Positions 49,361 to 61,664 of a stretch of DNA of 64,000 bases are shown in pieces (position 1 is the first letter of the stretch; every line of letters starts with the position of its first letter). Below the pieces are notes generated by a model. That model worked only from the letters and a program-made list of their open reading frames with translations. It did no database searches and was not told where the DNA came from. A program made the translations under genes and the position numbers. The stretch comes from Rhynchobatus australiae (taxonomy: Eukaryota), in the NCBI GenBank assembly GCA_034780895.1, contig JAUZTB010000076.1:56383706-56447705 (forward strand). Direction: 5' to 3'.

Positions 49361-50869
49361 CTCACCCACATGCAAGTCAGAGCACTGTGGATGTGGAATA
49401 CAATTTTTTTTAATCTTTCATGAGTTGAGGGTGTTGTTGTCAAGGCCAACATTTATGGCCCATCCCAAACTCTCAGTGGTGGTTGTTCTCTTAATGCCAT
49501 CAAGTGATATTGATAATGAATTGGATTACCTTGGAACCAGCTGTGGACTGGACCGACTATCCTTGGTACTTGCTGGCCTGCAGATGGCTTTCCCAGATGT
49601 GAGGGCAGAATAAGCTAACTCTGCATGCCCAGGGCCATCCTCTCAGGTGCAGTTTTCAGGAGACAAGTCCACAGCTTTTGACAGTGAGATACATTTAAAA
49701 ACAGTTCATACAGATTTAAATTAATTTAAAAAGAGTAACTGATGCTGTAAAATACCAACAAATAATTAAAAATAGTATAATAAATTCAAACACTTACCCA
49801 TGGGGTCAACAGCCCAATGCAGATGACTGAGGTTGACATCATTACTCCAGCCAGTTTTGGGTTAAGCACTTCTCAGNNNNNNNNNNNNNNNNNNNNNNNN
49901 NNNNNNNNNNNNNNNNNNNNNNNNNNNNNNNNNNNNNNNNNNNNNNNNNNNNNNNNNNNNNNNNNNNNNNNNNNNNNNNNNNNNNNNNNNNNNNNNNNNN
50001 NNNNNNNNNNNNNNNNNNNNNNNNNNNNNNNNNNNNNNNNNNNNNNNNNNNNNNNNNNACCACCAGGAGATGTGATTTTATTACCTAATCACATTGAGGA
50101 AATTAGTGTTTTAGAGCAGATACTTGGGAAAAGGAACAACAGGAAAATCATATTGCTACAGCTATTAAGTGCTTTTGGCACATTCTTTTTGGTTCTGGTC
50201 CTACTGGAAGTCATGTTCTTTGAATTTCACAGGCTGGTCTGTACTTGGTTAAAAATACCTTGCCTGGAAATCCAATTGCGGAATACTGTTTCTCAAGAAG
50301 TTTTACTGATTCCCTCCCTGCCCCTCCGATCCTCCACCTTAAATATGCAACAATACCAGAGCATCCCTGCAAAAAGGACACCTGGGAGTCCCCAATCCAT
50401 CATTCTGGTCCTGTTGCTTACTTCCTAGGGCTGGCCTCAGTGGAGGAGTACCAGGTGCCACATATTCAATTGTGAAAATGTACAATATCTAGTTAAGTTA
50501 CAGTTGAATTTTGATGTGGCTGGACAATGTTTAAAATAGTCATTTATGTCACTTGAGCACACCCTTAATGCTGTACCTGAATTTCTCAGCTTTCTTCCGA
50601 CACGATTGCATGAAGTTTTTTTTTATTATGCAAGCGGTAGTATTTGTGCTTTGTAATTTACAAATTAAAAGGGGAACATTAGGTAGGAAGCTTAGGCAAG
50701 ATCTATTGAGTAGTATTATTTCTTGGAGGGTAAAATTTTGAAATTTTTTTCTCCATTCTGCAATCTTTTTGTTCCTGTAGTTTTGGGTTGAATGCTTATT
50801 ATCATGACTGATGTTTTGCAAGAAGGTAATGTGAAAATACAGCAGGAAAAGTCATGTCTATATATAGAG

Positions 50870-51270
50870 CATTTCTCAGCATTTTTTATTCTTGAGTCAG
50901 ATGTTTGTACACCTGAGCTCATACCAGCACTTAATTTAGGTTGCAACAGTGAGGGAATACTGGATTATCGGATTTGCTATCCATAGGATCATATCCATAA
51001 AGAAGCTCTCGTTATTCTATCAAGTGGGTAATAAAAGAATCCTTGACATTATTTCAAAAGAAAACACAGGGAACTCTTCCATTGTCCAACTCCATATTCC
51101 TTCCTAAAATGATACTACGAAAATCATGCTGAGCTGGTAAGAGTGTTGATGGTGTCATATTTGTCCTTAAGAAGTGGTAACTGAATTTTAAAAATTAATT
51201 CTTTGTTTGAAGTGGTTTGAGAATTTCTAAGGTCACATACACACAATCCATATATTTTGGAAATATGTCT
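50870..51270 (+). mobile_element. Degenerate Deu-domain SINE
   Basis: cttgagtcagatg...agtgagggaatactg...aaaagaatccttgacattatttcaaaagaaaacacagggaactcttcc. Confidence 0.55.
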
Positions 51271-51619
51271 ATGAATGTGCCTCTCCTTACTTTCCTCAGT
51301 TCAGAAGGACTGTCCTCATCTGACTCCACTCTGATCTCTCAGCCATAATGCTCTGCAAATTGAATTTCCAAGCCTATGTTTTTAAAGATTCTGGGATTGA
51401 ATTGTCGCTTAAATTCCATCACTAAACTGATCGGACTTTATGGAGTGCATGATCCACATGGAAACTTGAGATTACACAGTTCAGTGTGTGTAATGTTCAT
51501 ACATCTAATGTACTCTAGGCATGTTATTATGTCCTCAGTCATGTGCAGCTCAATGATGCTCCTGCTGCTGTCACATTGGATCATGAAAACGCTACAAAGA
51601 AGCAGTGAGTCTTATGCCC

Positions 51620-51975
51620 AAGAAAGCATAGCAACATAAGGAATAGGAACAAGAGGAGGTCATACAGTCATATGAAGCCATTCTACCGTTCAGTTGATCT
51701 GATAATTGGCTTTATTATCTTGCCTGATGCCCATAACCCTTGATTCCCTTGTGGTCCAAAGATGTCTACTTCTGTCTTGAACTTAAGTAGTGATTCAGCA
51801 TCCATACCCTTCCAGGTTAAAGAATTCCAAGATCCCGAGTGCTCAGAAATAAGAACTTGCTTATTCCATCATTCACTAAGACCATGGTTGATCCAATCTG
51901 ACCTCAACACCGCTTTTCCACACTTGTCCCATACCCCTTAATGATCTTGTATGTCAGTTTCTGCTTTGAATATAA
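51620..51975 (-). mobile_element. CR1 3' end fragments
   Basis: aacataaggaataggaacaagaggaggtcatacag..., cccataacccttgattccc; homologous to 17223-17350. Confidence 0.6.
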
Positions 51976-52983
51976 AAACAGAAAATATTGGAATCACTCA
52001 AAGTTAACATTTCAGGTCCAGGAGTCTTCTAATGAAAGAGTTGTGGCCAACGCCCAATTGAAGACTGGTAGGGAAGGAGAAACCACTGGCAAAAGGGATA
52101 GCTGAAAATCCCACCAGACAGCAGAGGAGAACTTCTTCAGGGTTGGCGTTCTGAGATGAGAAGTGGCCATAAATTCAACAGTATTGAAAATCAAAAAAAA
52201 AGAACTGCAGGTTTTGGAAATCTGGAGTGTGATGTTGGACATGCGAAGATGTGGCTTACCTGACAGAGCTGACTGAGTGTAATTAGGGCCTCGGTACTGA
52301 GGATTTTGACTTGAGAGAGGAAGTTGATGTTGGTTTGCTTTACCTATCAGACGATTTGGGGGATTATGTAGAGGTAATGCCTTGACGTATGTCCTGTAGA
52401 AGTGTGCAGAATCACTGCTACCTGATGGAGCAGCAGCTTTTTGCTGGGCTTGAGGTGTAGATTTTCAAACACATTTTTCTTCAGACAGCTAAAGGCTATT
52501 TTGGCAGACTGAAAGTAATTGTGAGTTTCTATCCTTGATATCTGCTTGTGTTAAGTTGGGACTCTTGAAATATGCAAAGAGGTACATGTTTTCCAGGGCC
52601 TCCTTGAGGTCCTTTACTGTTGGTGAGGGGCAGTGTTGTGCATTGGGGGNNNNNNNNNNNNNNNNNNNNNNNNNNNNNNNNNNNNNNNNNNNNNNNNNNN
52701 NNNNNNNNNNNNNNNNNNNNNNNNNNNNNNNNNNNNNNNNNNNNNNNNNNNNNNNNNNNNNNNNNNNNNNNNNNNNNNNNNNNNNNNNNNNNNNNNNNNN
52801 NNNNNNNNNNNNNNNNNNNNNNNNNNNNNNNNNNNNNNNNNNNNNNNNNNNNNNNNNNNNNNNNNNNNNNNNNNNNNNNNNNNNNNNNNNNNNNNNNNNN
52901 NNNNNNNNNNNNNNNNNNNNNNNNNNNNNNNNNNNNNNNNNNNNNNNNNNNNNNNNNNNNNNNNNNNNNNNNNNNNNNNNNNN

Positions 52984-53165
52984 AACTTCCCTGTTTCAAT
53001 GGAACATGCCTATGCAGAACTCCACACAAATATCCTCTGAATATTTGCGACATTTCTTCTGTACTTTTCCCTGAGAACATCTGCTCCCAATTTAAGCTTC
53101 CATTTTCCTTCCTGAGAGCCTCATAATTCCCTTTACTTCAACTAAATGCCTTTCTAATCTGTTTG
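52984..53165 (-). mobile_element. CR1 ORF2 fragment
   Basis: EQMFSGKSTEEMSQIFRGYLCGVLHRHVPLKQG, a CR1 EN-RT linker. Confidence 0.7.
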
Positions 53166-54089
53166 TTGTGAGAAAGATTGAGAAATGTGTTACCCAGTAA
53201 TGGAGCCTTGTTTGGCACCATCTTTCCTTAGATTGGGTCTTTTGTGGACCCTTTGGTTAAAATTATGTAGCAGAAGTGAAATTGAGATGAAGTTTTGCAA
53301 ACAACCACTGAGAAGTCCATATCAATTGAAGGAGTAAAAAGCTTTTGTGAGGTCACAAGAGCCCATGTGTAGATTGATGCTGAACCCTGCATTTCTCTTA
53401 GAGTTGGTAGGTGGTGAACATTTATTCATTGTACCTCCGGATGGACAACACTACAATTAAAGGAGCAGCTGTACTACCTCTGGGAGGGAATGTATAGAAA
53501 TTCCCTGTGGCAGACAGCAGAGAGAATAGTCTATTTACTGCAGTTGGATTTATCTTGTTTTGAAGAAAGTCACAAGTATGGCAGGTTGAAGCCCTCCTGA
53601 CATGTTTTCCTCTTCACTGTTATGAGAGATGAGATTTGGCTTTGGTTTCTGTCCACTGAGTTTTGAAACTTCTGCTCCTGAGGCCTCATTGTTTTTCAAT
53701 TAGTGTGTGGTGTTTTCGACTGCTAATTAGTCTGTGGTAGCAGTGAGAAGGGACTGGCTAGTTTGGTATGGTATGAAGTCAAGGATATTTGCGTCAAGGA
53801 CCAAATTATTGTTGAGAAGTTCTTCAAAGTGTTCTTTTCAGCAGTCATTGACTGCCTCTCTCAATGTCTGCTGAAAAGAACACTTGATAAGTTCTCCTTC
53901 ACGCTTGTTTTTTTTTAGCCCAGAGAAAACACTGAAAAACTTGCACATGTCACAGTTACCAGCAAATTGCTGGACGTCTGGCACTCTTTCCACCCACCAT
54001 CTGTTTTGTTCTGTTGGACTCAGCCTTCATGGTGGCTGCACATTGAGGTACGATGAAGTTTCCAATCCAAGAATCCTTATGTTTGTAAG

Positions 54090-54600
54090 AAAAAACAGAA
54101 CGCCAATAGAATTCAGCACATTTCACAGCATCTGTGTTGGTGCAAGCTGACGTTTTGGGTTGAGACCTGCATCAGGATTGAGAGGGAAGAAGAAAGATCC
54201 CCAGCATAGTGTCATATGGGGGTTGGGAGGTGGGGTATTGTGGTGGGAGAGAGGCTAGTAAATGATAGGTGGGGATGATGGGCAGATTGTGGTTAGAGAG
54301 ATGGGAGAGGTGAACAAAGGAGAAGAAAATTAGATGGACAGATGAGTGTGTGTGTGGGAGGAGAACATCGGTGTGCGAGTTACCTGAAATTGGAAAATTC
54401 AGTGTTTATACCATTGGGTTATAAGCTGTTAAACATAATATGAGAGGTTTTTCCAATTTCTGTTTAACCTCTTTGTAACAATGGAGAAGACCGAGGAAAA
54501 GCAGGCCTGCTTGAGAGTGGGAAAGAAAATTACAATGAGGTGCATACAGAAGCTCAAGATGACCATTGAGGACATAGTGCAGGTGCTCCGTGAAACAGTC
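54090..54600 (-). mobile_element. PLE remnant (GIY-YIG C-terminus, 3'UTR, degenerate hammerhead)
   Basis: ORF 54406-54648 includes GDCFTEHLHYV..HLELL.A.HCNF.SHSQA. Minus-strand core caatc-CTGATGC-aggtctcaaccc-AAAA-cgtc at about 54147-54180. Confidence 0.75.
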
Positions 54601-54779
54601 ACCTTGTCTTCGTCTTACTTTGCTTCTGGATCTCCTGGTTATTCTCATAAAACTTGTCCTGGCCTTTCTGAGAATCTAAGAGGCTCTTCAAAATTGCTAA
54701 TTTTGGTGGACTTTAGAGCAGTCCATACATTGGGGGTTGTCAATTGACTTTATGGCACGATCTGGTAGGGGTTATCTTT

Positions 54780-55197
54780 GTGGAGTCCTTAAAGCCTTCA
54801 ACATTTGTTTTCTTGAGGAACACAGTCTTTGTAGGCTGTGTTTGGTGTCAGGAATAAGCAAATCTGGCATCTTAGGGACTACCCATGTGGGATAAGTGAA
54901 CATTTCATGACCCTTTACAGCATGCTATTGGTCATAAGCATATATGCGCCAGCCCTGGGACAAGGAGGCTTAAACTCAGACTGAAAGAAAAACTCTAGCC
55001 TGCATCCCAGAGGGAGACACATTGATTCTATTGGGTGACTTCATTGTCAGTGCTGAAAGAATGCAATGATGTGACTGGCATAACCCAAAGGGGATGCTAC
55101 TTCTGTTGGAGTTCTCCTCATGACAAAATGCTTGGAGGACAGTTGTGTCATAGCTAATACCCTGTTTCATCAGAAAGAGAAACTTGAGACCTCTTGT
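54780..55197 (+). mobile_element. RTE endonuclease-domain fragment, opposite orientation to the adjacent RTE body
   Basis: Plus-strand peptides GISEHFMTL, VISIYAPAL, IPEGDTLILLGDF and VIANTLFHQK. Confidence 0.75.
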
Positions 55198-55399
55198 NNN
55201 NNNNNNNNNNNNNNNNNNNNNNNNNNNNNNNNNNNNNNNNNNNNNNNNNNNNNNNNNNNNNNNNNNNNNNNNNNNNNNNNNNNNNNNNNNNNNNNNNCCA
55301 GCACTCACTTTCCAGATGCTGTTAGATTAAATAATCGCCTGAGCAAAAGCCTGTAAGATGTCTGCTTCACTTGCATCACAACAGGCACCAATGATTCTT

Positions 55400-56110
55400 G
55401 GAATGACCACTGTTTAATCCACTCTTATACCTCCACTATGCTGGTCCAAACATAATGACAGCAATAGAAAAGCTGCAGCATGAAAATCAATATCACCTGC
55501 AGATGGTTTATTTATAATGGTCCACGATTAATGGGTGCAATTGTGAAAAAGATAGTAAATCATGCTCCTTAGGCGCCAAAAGTCTTGGACAACAACCAGA
55601 GATGAAAATCTCTCTTTAACAAACTGTCATTGGTTTCCAGCGTAGCATCATTTCAGTTTTTGTATGCAAATGCCAATGTCTTCATCAATGGCTTCTCTTC
55701 CCTGCCCTGCAGAGTCATCTCTGGACTTCCTTATAGATTAATTCTTCATTGCCATCTATTCTTCATCATCATATGTTCCTCTCAGCTGCGATTCTGCATA
55801 GGCAGAGTTGTCTTCCGTGCGTATGCTAATAACGTGCAAATGTGACTGTTTTACCATCTTACTCAACTCCCCGCAGTCTCTGGGCTATCAACAACTTTCT
55901 CACATTCATTTGTGGTGGCCCATAATTAAACTTTTGCCTGGTGTGCAGCATAATTAATGTTTTAAAATCCTCCTCATTTGTATTATACAAGGTAGCACCT
56001 TGCCTGTCAATAATGCAGTAAAAGTAAAGGCTTTAAGAAGCCCTTACCACAGAGCACAGTTGAAAATTGTGGCATCTATGTTTACACAGGCACTGTTAAG
56101 CTTGCATAAA
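55400..56110. promoter_or_regulatory. Candidate conserved non-coding element
   Basis: Repeat-free with retained CpGs. Adjacent E-boxes CACCTG 55494-55499 and CAGATG 55500-55505, TGACAG 55456-55461, TAATCC, TAATTA x2. Conservation not verified. Confidence 0.45.
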
Positions 56111-58089
56111 GGTACAATATTAGTCATACAGGTTCTCATAAAGATTTGCTCCTAAGCCGTTAATTAAGGCAGACCTACTTCTTTGGGAAACAGAACCAGA
56201 GTGAATTTCATTGGACATAACTCGAGTGCTAANNNNNNNNNNNNNNNNNNNNNNNNNNNNNNNNNNNNNNNNNNNNNNNNNNNNNNNNNNNNNNNNNNNN
56301 NNNNNNNNNNNNNNNNNNNNNNNNNNNNNNNNNNNNNNNNNNNNNNNNNNNNNNNNNNNNNNNNNNNNNNNNNNNNNNNNNNNNNNNNNNNNNNNNNNNN
56401 NNNNNNNNNNNNNNNNNNNNNNNNNNNNNNNNNNNNNNNNNNNNNNNNNNNNNNNNNNNNNNNNNNNNNNNNNNNNNNNNNNNNNNNNNNNNNNNNNNNN
56501 NNNNNNNNNNNNNNNNNNNNNNNNNNNNNNNNNNNNNNNNNNNNNNNNNNNNNNNNNNNNNNNNNNNNNNNNNNNNNNNNNNNNNNNNNNNNNNNNNNNN
56601 NNNNNNNNNNNNNNNNNNNNNNNNNNNNNNNNNNNNNNNNNNNNNNNNNNNNNNNNNNNNNNNNNNNNNNNNNNNNNNNNNNNNNNNNNNNNNNNNNNNN
56701 NNNNNNNNNNNNNNNNNNNNNNNNNNNNNNNNNNNNNNNNNNNNNNNNNNNNNNNNNNNNNNNNNNNNNNNNNNNNNNNNNNNNNNNNNNNNNNNNNNNN
56801 NNNNNNNNNNNNNNNNNNNNNNNNNNNNNNNNNNNNNNNNNNNNNNNNNNNNNNNNNNNNNNNNNNNNNNNNNNNNNNNNNNNNNNNNNNNNNNNNNNNN
56901 NNNNACAAGGTTGTTATGACCCAGGTCTACCCTGACTCAACAAAGTGCAAGTCCATAAATATGCAACAGAACTCTTCTTTCTACCTCAGGTGGTTCTATG
57001 GAAAAATGCGATTCCCACGTGTGATCATTGGTCAAGGATGAATTAGCTAATTTCTATTAGATCATTATTAGCGGATGTTAAAATTGAATGCTTCTCCTCA
57101 GATTTGGGTTTCTGTTACTGATTAGTATCCATAACAGTGAAAGTAACCATACCATAATCAAATGATATATTTATTTGGTGAGGCATCAAGCAGAAAGGTT
57201 AAGAGAAGAAATGATTGATCCGGTTCTGCTAAGTCACCCTCTACACATTGATTATTTAGAGCTGCTTTGATAGATGCATTAAATATGTCTTTTTGTTAGG
57301 GAGTGGCTTAGGGAAATAGGTGTAAAGTCAGAAGAGAGGAGAGAATTCATTCTGAAAACGTCTGAAATTTTGAGTAATCTAACATTTTAGCCACTTTGTT
57401 GACTAATAGCCACTCAAATATCATTTTCGTTCATTTATAAAACATGCACTTTCTGAGGTAAAATTAGGGCCAGTGCAAACCACATGATAGAATGCCTTTT
57501 TCAAATGCATTGCAGGAAGGAGAAGCATTAAAATTAATATGTATTTGTGAGATAAAGCATGGTTATGCCAGAATTCTGCACAATGCAGTGCCATGCCAAT
57601 GTAAACATATGTTTTTATTTTTGTAAGAGAGTGATTGAAGTTTATGTTGGGTTATATATGTTGCAGTAGCTTTTTTGTTTCCCTCAGTCCCTTGAGGAGC
57701 TTGCTTACTGTGGGCTACTTTTAACTCTGCTAATACAGCTGAGTGGAAAATGCACTTTATCATCCTAGCATTTTGGATTATATTTAAAGTTACTTACTCT
57801 CTTACGGCTGTTAACAGGTTCTTGCTGAATCCCACTTGGTGTCATAACACACGCACTCTCAGAATGCGTATTATGGCTAATAGCATATGATGATAAGTGG
57901 ATTTAACTGCATAGAATATGTACTGAATCAGCATTGAAATAGCTAGCTGATTTATATAGTTAACTGGTTAGGACCTCAATATTTGGTTATTTGATTAACT
58001 GAATAACCTTGAAGCCCCTAGATGCTTGTATACTTAAGTAAGGGAATGAAAGAATTTGACACACTAATATCATAGGCTAGAAAGGGTAA

Positions 58090-58800
58090 TAGTCAGTGGC
58101 CAATAAATATGGCTGTTCTGTTTAATTTGTTCTCCTTTGGTGGCACTAATAAATGTGTATGGCATTAGCTCTTTTCAGGACCTTGCACTTCGGAATGTGC
58201 ATGCCTTTCTCAAGAGTCCTTTTAATGGAATTGGAGGTATCTCCAGGGCTCTCTTGGCACAGAGAATGAAGGCCTTATTGGTTTGGTTTTTGTACTGGTT
58301 CAAGGACAGGGTAGAAGTTAATGTGCACAGGCACGCTCCTGCTTGCTTTTTGATTGGCAAGGTTAATGTTAAGAGGTACAAAACAGGCTGGAGTTTCTTC
58401 AATGAGCTTCTCTGATTTGATTAGCTCACTCTCCTGCCTGATCCTCTTAACACAGCGTGGCCCAGGGACAGTCAAGTAATTTTCACACTAAATTTGAAGC
58501 ATCGCCCAGAGAACGTCGGAGTCAAGAAAAGAGAGTTTGCACACAATTGAATTGTAGATGAAATTTGCCCATAGACCAGGAGCACCATGAAATCAAGAGA
58601 CCTGCCTTGCATGAGAAACTATGTATATCTGTGTGCAATTGTAATTGTGACCTTGATAGAGTATGAGATGCATTAACCCTTTCAGCAACCATCTAGAAAT
58701 ATTTATGAAGTACATCTGCCTTTTCTTAAGTCCAGCATTTTCTTTAAAACAAAGCGCCAAAGAAAAAACCTCCAATCACAAAGTCCAGTGGCACAACTGA
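58090..58800. promoter_or_regulatory. Candidate conserved non-coding element
   Basis: Complex, repeat-free, locally higher GC with retained CpGs; TGATTGG, TGATTTGATTAG and TTAAT motifs. Conservation not verified. Confidence 0.4.
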
Positions 58801-59784
58801 ATCACAACTAAGGAAACATTTTGGTTATAGTGTTCGTGGATGTCTAATCTATCCATGTTTATCTATCTATCCAATCTATCAATCTCTTGCTTTGATCCAC
58901 TGCTGCTTGCAGAGCTCAGGCAACAAATTGCACTTCATGTAAGAATTTTCCAGTGTCTTGCACAGTATCAAATCATTTGCCTGAAAGATAGTCCCTTCTT
59001 CTGGTAACTCACTGCTAAATACAACTACAGAATGCTGCATTATGATGTGAAGGTATTACATGATCCAAATCCACCACCACTTTCAGCTTTATTATCCCTT
59101 CAACTACATTATACTGTCTTGTAATAATAACTCAAAAATAAGTGTTACTTTTTAAAATAAACTGTAAATTATGTAACAGATGTCTGGCAGTGAATTTTAA
59201 GCAGTCATTGAATTGAGTGCTTCTGCTTCTCTTTTGTCACTTACGGCAGCAAAACCACTCAATTAAGTTCACTACATTATAACTCAGCCCTTTATAACCT
59301 TTCTACGTTTAATTCTGTGGAAGTTTTTCATTTGAAATAAGTTGTTTTTTTTAAGGAAATATTATGTCTGCTATCACTTTCATAGGTTGCATTAGACCTG
59401 TCTGGCTGGTTTTACTCATTCAAAGGTTAGTGATTCCTTATAAGATCATGTTATTATCAGACAACAACCTGTGTGGCCAGAGCCTTTAACTTGGTAAAGT
59501 ATTCTAAGGTGCTTCACAGGAGGATGATCAACTGAAACCTGATCCAAAAGAATTATTGGGCTGAGTGATCAAAAATGAGGTAAGAGTTAGGATGCAGGGA
59601 ACATTTTAAAGGAGACACGACTTTAGGGAGGATGTTTTAGAGAGTGCAAAAACAGCTAAAGGCATGGTAAGATGGAGGAGATCAGGTGTGCTTGAGATCA
59701 GAAATTGAGAATTCTAGGAAGCTTATAGGATTAGAGGTAATTAGGAAGTTTGCAGTTTAAATTAAGGATTGATTACAAACAATA

Positions 59785-60440
59785 AAAATACAGAAATAAA
59801 AACAAAGTTTTGGAATTGCTCAGCAAGTCAGGCAGTATCTGTGGAGAGAGAAGCTCCTTCAAGTCAGTGACACTTCAGAATTGGAAAAGTAAGTTTTAAG
59901 TTGCAGGGAGGGGGAGGGGGGGGGGAGAGAACAAAGATAACTGAAAGTCAAACAACTGGCAGATGCTGGAAACTTGAAGGTATTGGAAATAATTAACAGT
60001 TTAGGTAGCGATGTTACTGCTTTGAGTCTAAAACGTTTTAGATTCAAAACTGGCCAGTCTAATGTAAGGTGATCCACCTGTAACATCATCTCAGTTTTTC
60101 TCTCTCCACAGATGCTGCCTGATCAGCTGTGTATTTCCAACCATGTCTTTTGTTTCTGATTTCCAGCAACTGCTGTGTTCTATTTCTCAGCATTCCAGCA
60201 TTCTTTTTTACCTACTCTCAATCCATCCATTAACTACGTGTAACCAAAAGCATTGCTTCCTTTGTTCTCTCCGTACTTCCAACATAAAACACACTTACTT
60301 TCTCACTTTTACATTTCTGTTGAAGAGTTAATGACCTGAAGCATTAACTCTATTTCTCTCTCCACAGATGCTGGCTGGCCTGAGTATTTCCAACATTTTC
60401 TGCTTTTATTTCAGATTTACATCTGCAATTTCTTGCCTTT
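59785..60440. mobile_element. Compound PLE element with one forward and two reverse arms
   Basis: Forward tcagcaagtcaggcagtatctgtggagagag at 59820. Reverse ctctctccacagatgctg at about 60100 and about 60355. Confidence 0.75.
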
Positions 60441-60993
60441 TAACTAAAAATATAGAAATGTGTTCAATGGTATAATTTCAGTTTGAAATAACATTCATCA
60501 GCTGCATGAACTGAACTGTCATAGTTTATGATGACACCAATTGGTTCAGTATTTTATCTCTAGTAATGCACTTAAATATTGAGTTAATTTTCTTCCACTT
60601 CATCTACATTTATGAAATGTATGAAAAAGTGGTACCAAAAATGAGTCCCTCTAACTTAGATGTCACGTAAAGAGGAGAGAAGCACATTACTTTGTAATGT
60701 TAAGCGATCCTTTGCAACTCTTCCAAAAAAATGCTTTTATCATGTTGAGGACGTATTATTTGAAAAATGTATTAATGGAAGCTCATGTAGTGTTCATTTA
60801 AGGAGGTTAAGAGATCAGCTGGCAGACAGTTCTTCTCTACCATTTATTAGTTGCACCCTGCCTTTTTATTTTCTGACATTTTTTGTCAGAAGGAGGCCTA
60901 CCTTTCTAAGAGCAATATAGGAGGCACTGTGGATTTAGAAATGTGCACCATGCAGTTTTACACCAACACATATAGATCAGGAAATAATTTTGG

Positions 60994-61664
60994 TGAAAAA
61001 CACGATGATGCTGGACGAACTCAGCAGGCCAGGCAGCATCCTTGGAGAAAAGCAGACAGTCAATGTTTCAGGTCAGGACCCTTCTTCGGGACTGAAGGTA
61101 GGAAAAGCGGAAACCCAATATATAGGAGGGAAAAGCAGAGCAATGATAGGTGGACAAAAGAGGGGAGCCGGGGTGGGCACAGGGAGGTGGTAGGTAGATG
61201 CAGGTAAGAGGTAGTGAGAGGCAGATGTGGAGGAGGGGAGAGCAGATNNNNNNNNNNNNNNNNNNNNNNNNNNNNNNNNNNNNNNNNNNNNNNNNNNNNN
61301 NNNNNNNNNNNNNNNNNNNNNNNNNNNNNNNNNNNNNNNNNNNNNNNNNNNNNGGGGTGGAGATTACCTAAAGTGGGAGAACTCAATATTCATGCCATTA
61401 GGGTGCAAGGTTCCAAGATGGAAAATGAGGTGCTGTTCCTCCAGTTTGCGCATGGAATTTTCCTGGCAGTGGAGGAAGCCGAGAACTGTCATATCAGGGA
61501 TAGTGTGGGAGGGGGAGTTGAATTGACTTGCAACGGGAAGATGCAGGTCGCAGTTACGGACAGAGCGCAGGTGTTCTGCGAAACGGTCACTTAGCCTGCT
61601 GAGTTCCTCCAGCATCATAGTGTTTTTCATCTAGATTCCAGCATCTGCAGGCCTTTATTTCTCT
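60994..61664 (-). mobile_element. Penelope-like element: GIY-YIG C-terminus, 3' pseudo-LTR, inverted 5' copy, perfect 15-bp TSD
   Basis: TSD aggaaataattttgg at 60979-60993 and 61665-61679. Peptide RLSDRFAEHLRSVRN..LPVASQFNSPSH..LEEQHLIFHLGTLHPNGMN. Inverted arms 60994-61030 and 61593-61629. Hammerhead-like core cagtc-CCGAAGA-agggtcctgacct-GAAA-ca-tt-gactg on the minus strand, about 61057-61095. Confidence 0.93.

Larger units (their letters stand above)
52050..54750 (-). mobile_element. Old RTE LINE body (linker plus RT), with a nested CR1 fragment (about 52650-53165) and a nested PLE (about 54090-54600)
   Basis: Minus-strand remnants WTALKSTKIS..ENNQEIQK (54600-54750), DMCKFFSV, DLTKAF, GAKQGS, and VFENLHLKPSKKLL match the order of RTE ORF motifs. 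Confidence 0.7.

Noticed and set aside
1727-57041. Long ORFs composed mostly of X (for example 1727-2241, 22931-23627, 52529-53126, 56120-57041)
   Set aside because: Artefacts of translating through N gaps.
58261-58295. agAGAATGAAGGCC as the missing ACBD6 exon
   Set aside because: Continues as NEGLIGLV; no ankyrin match and no suitable splice sites.
58845-58885. Degenerate (ATCT)n tract; also a 13-bp duplication actaaggatggaa at 61792-61819
   Set aside because: Ordinary slippage repeats.
61364-61630. 88-aa ORF as an intact small nuclease gene
   Set aside because: Chimeric: the N-terminus (MKNTMMLEELSR) comes from the inverted non-coding arm fused to a truncated GIY-YIG C-terminus.
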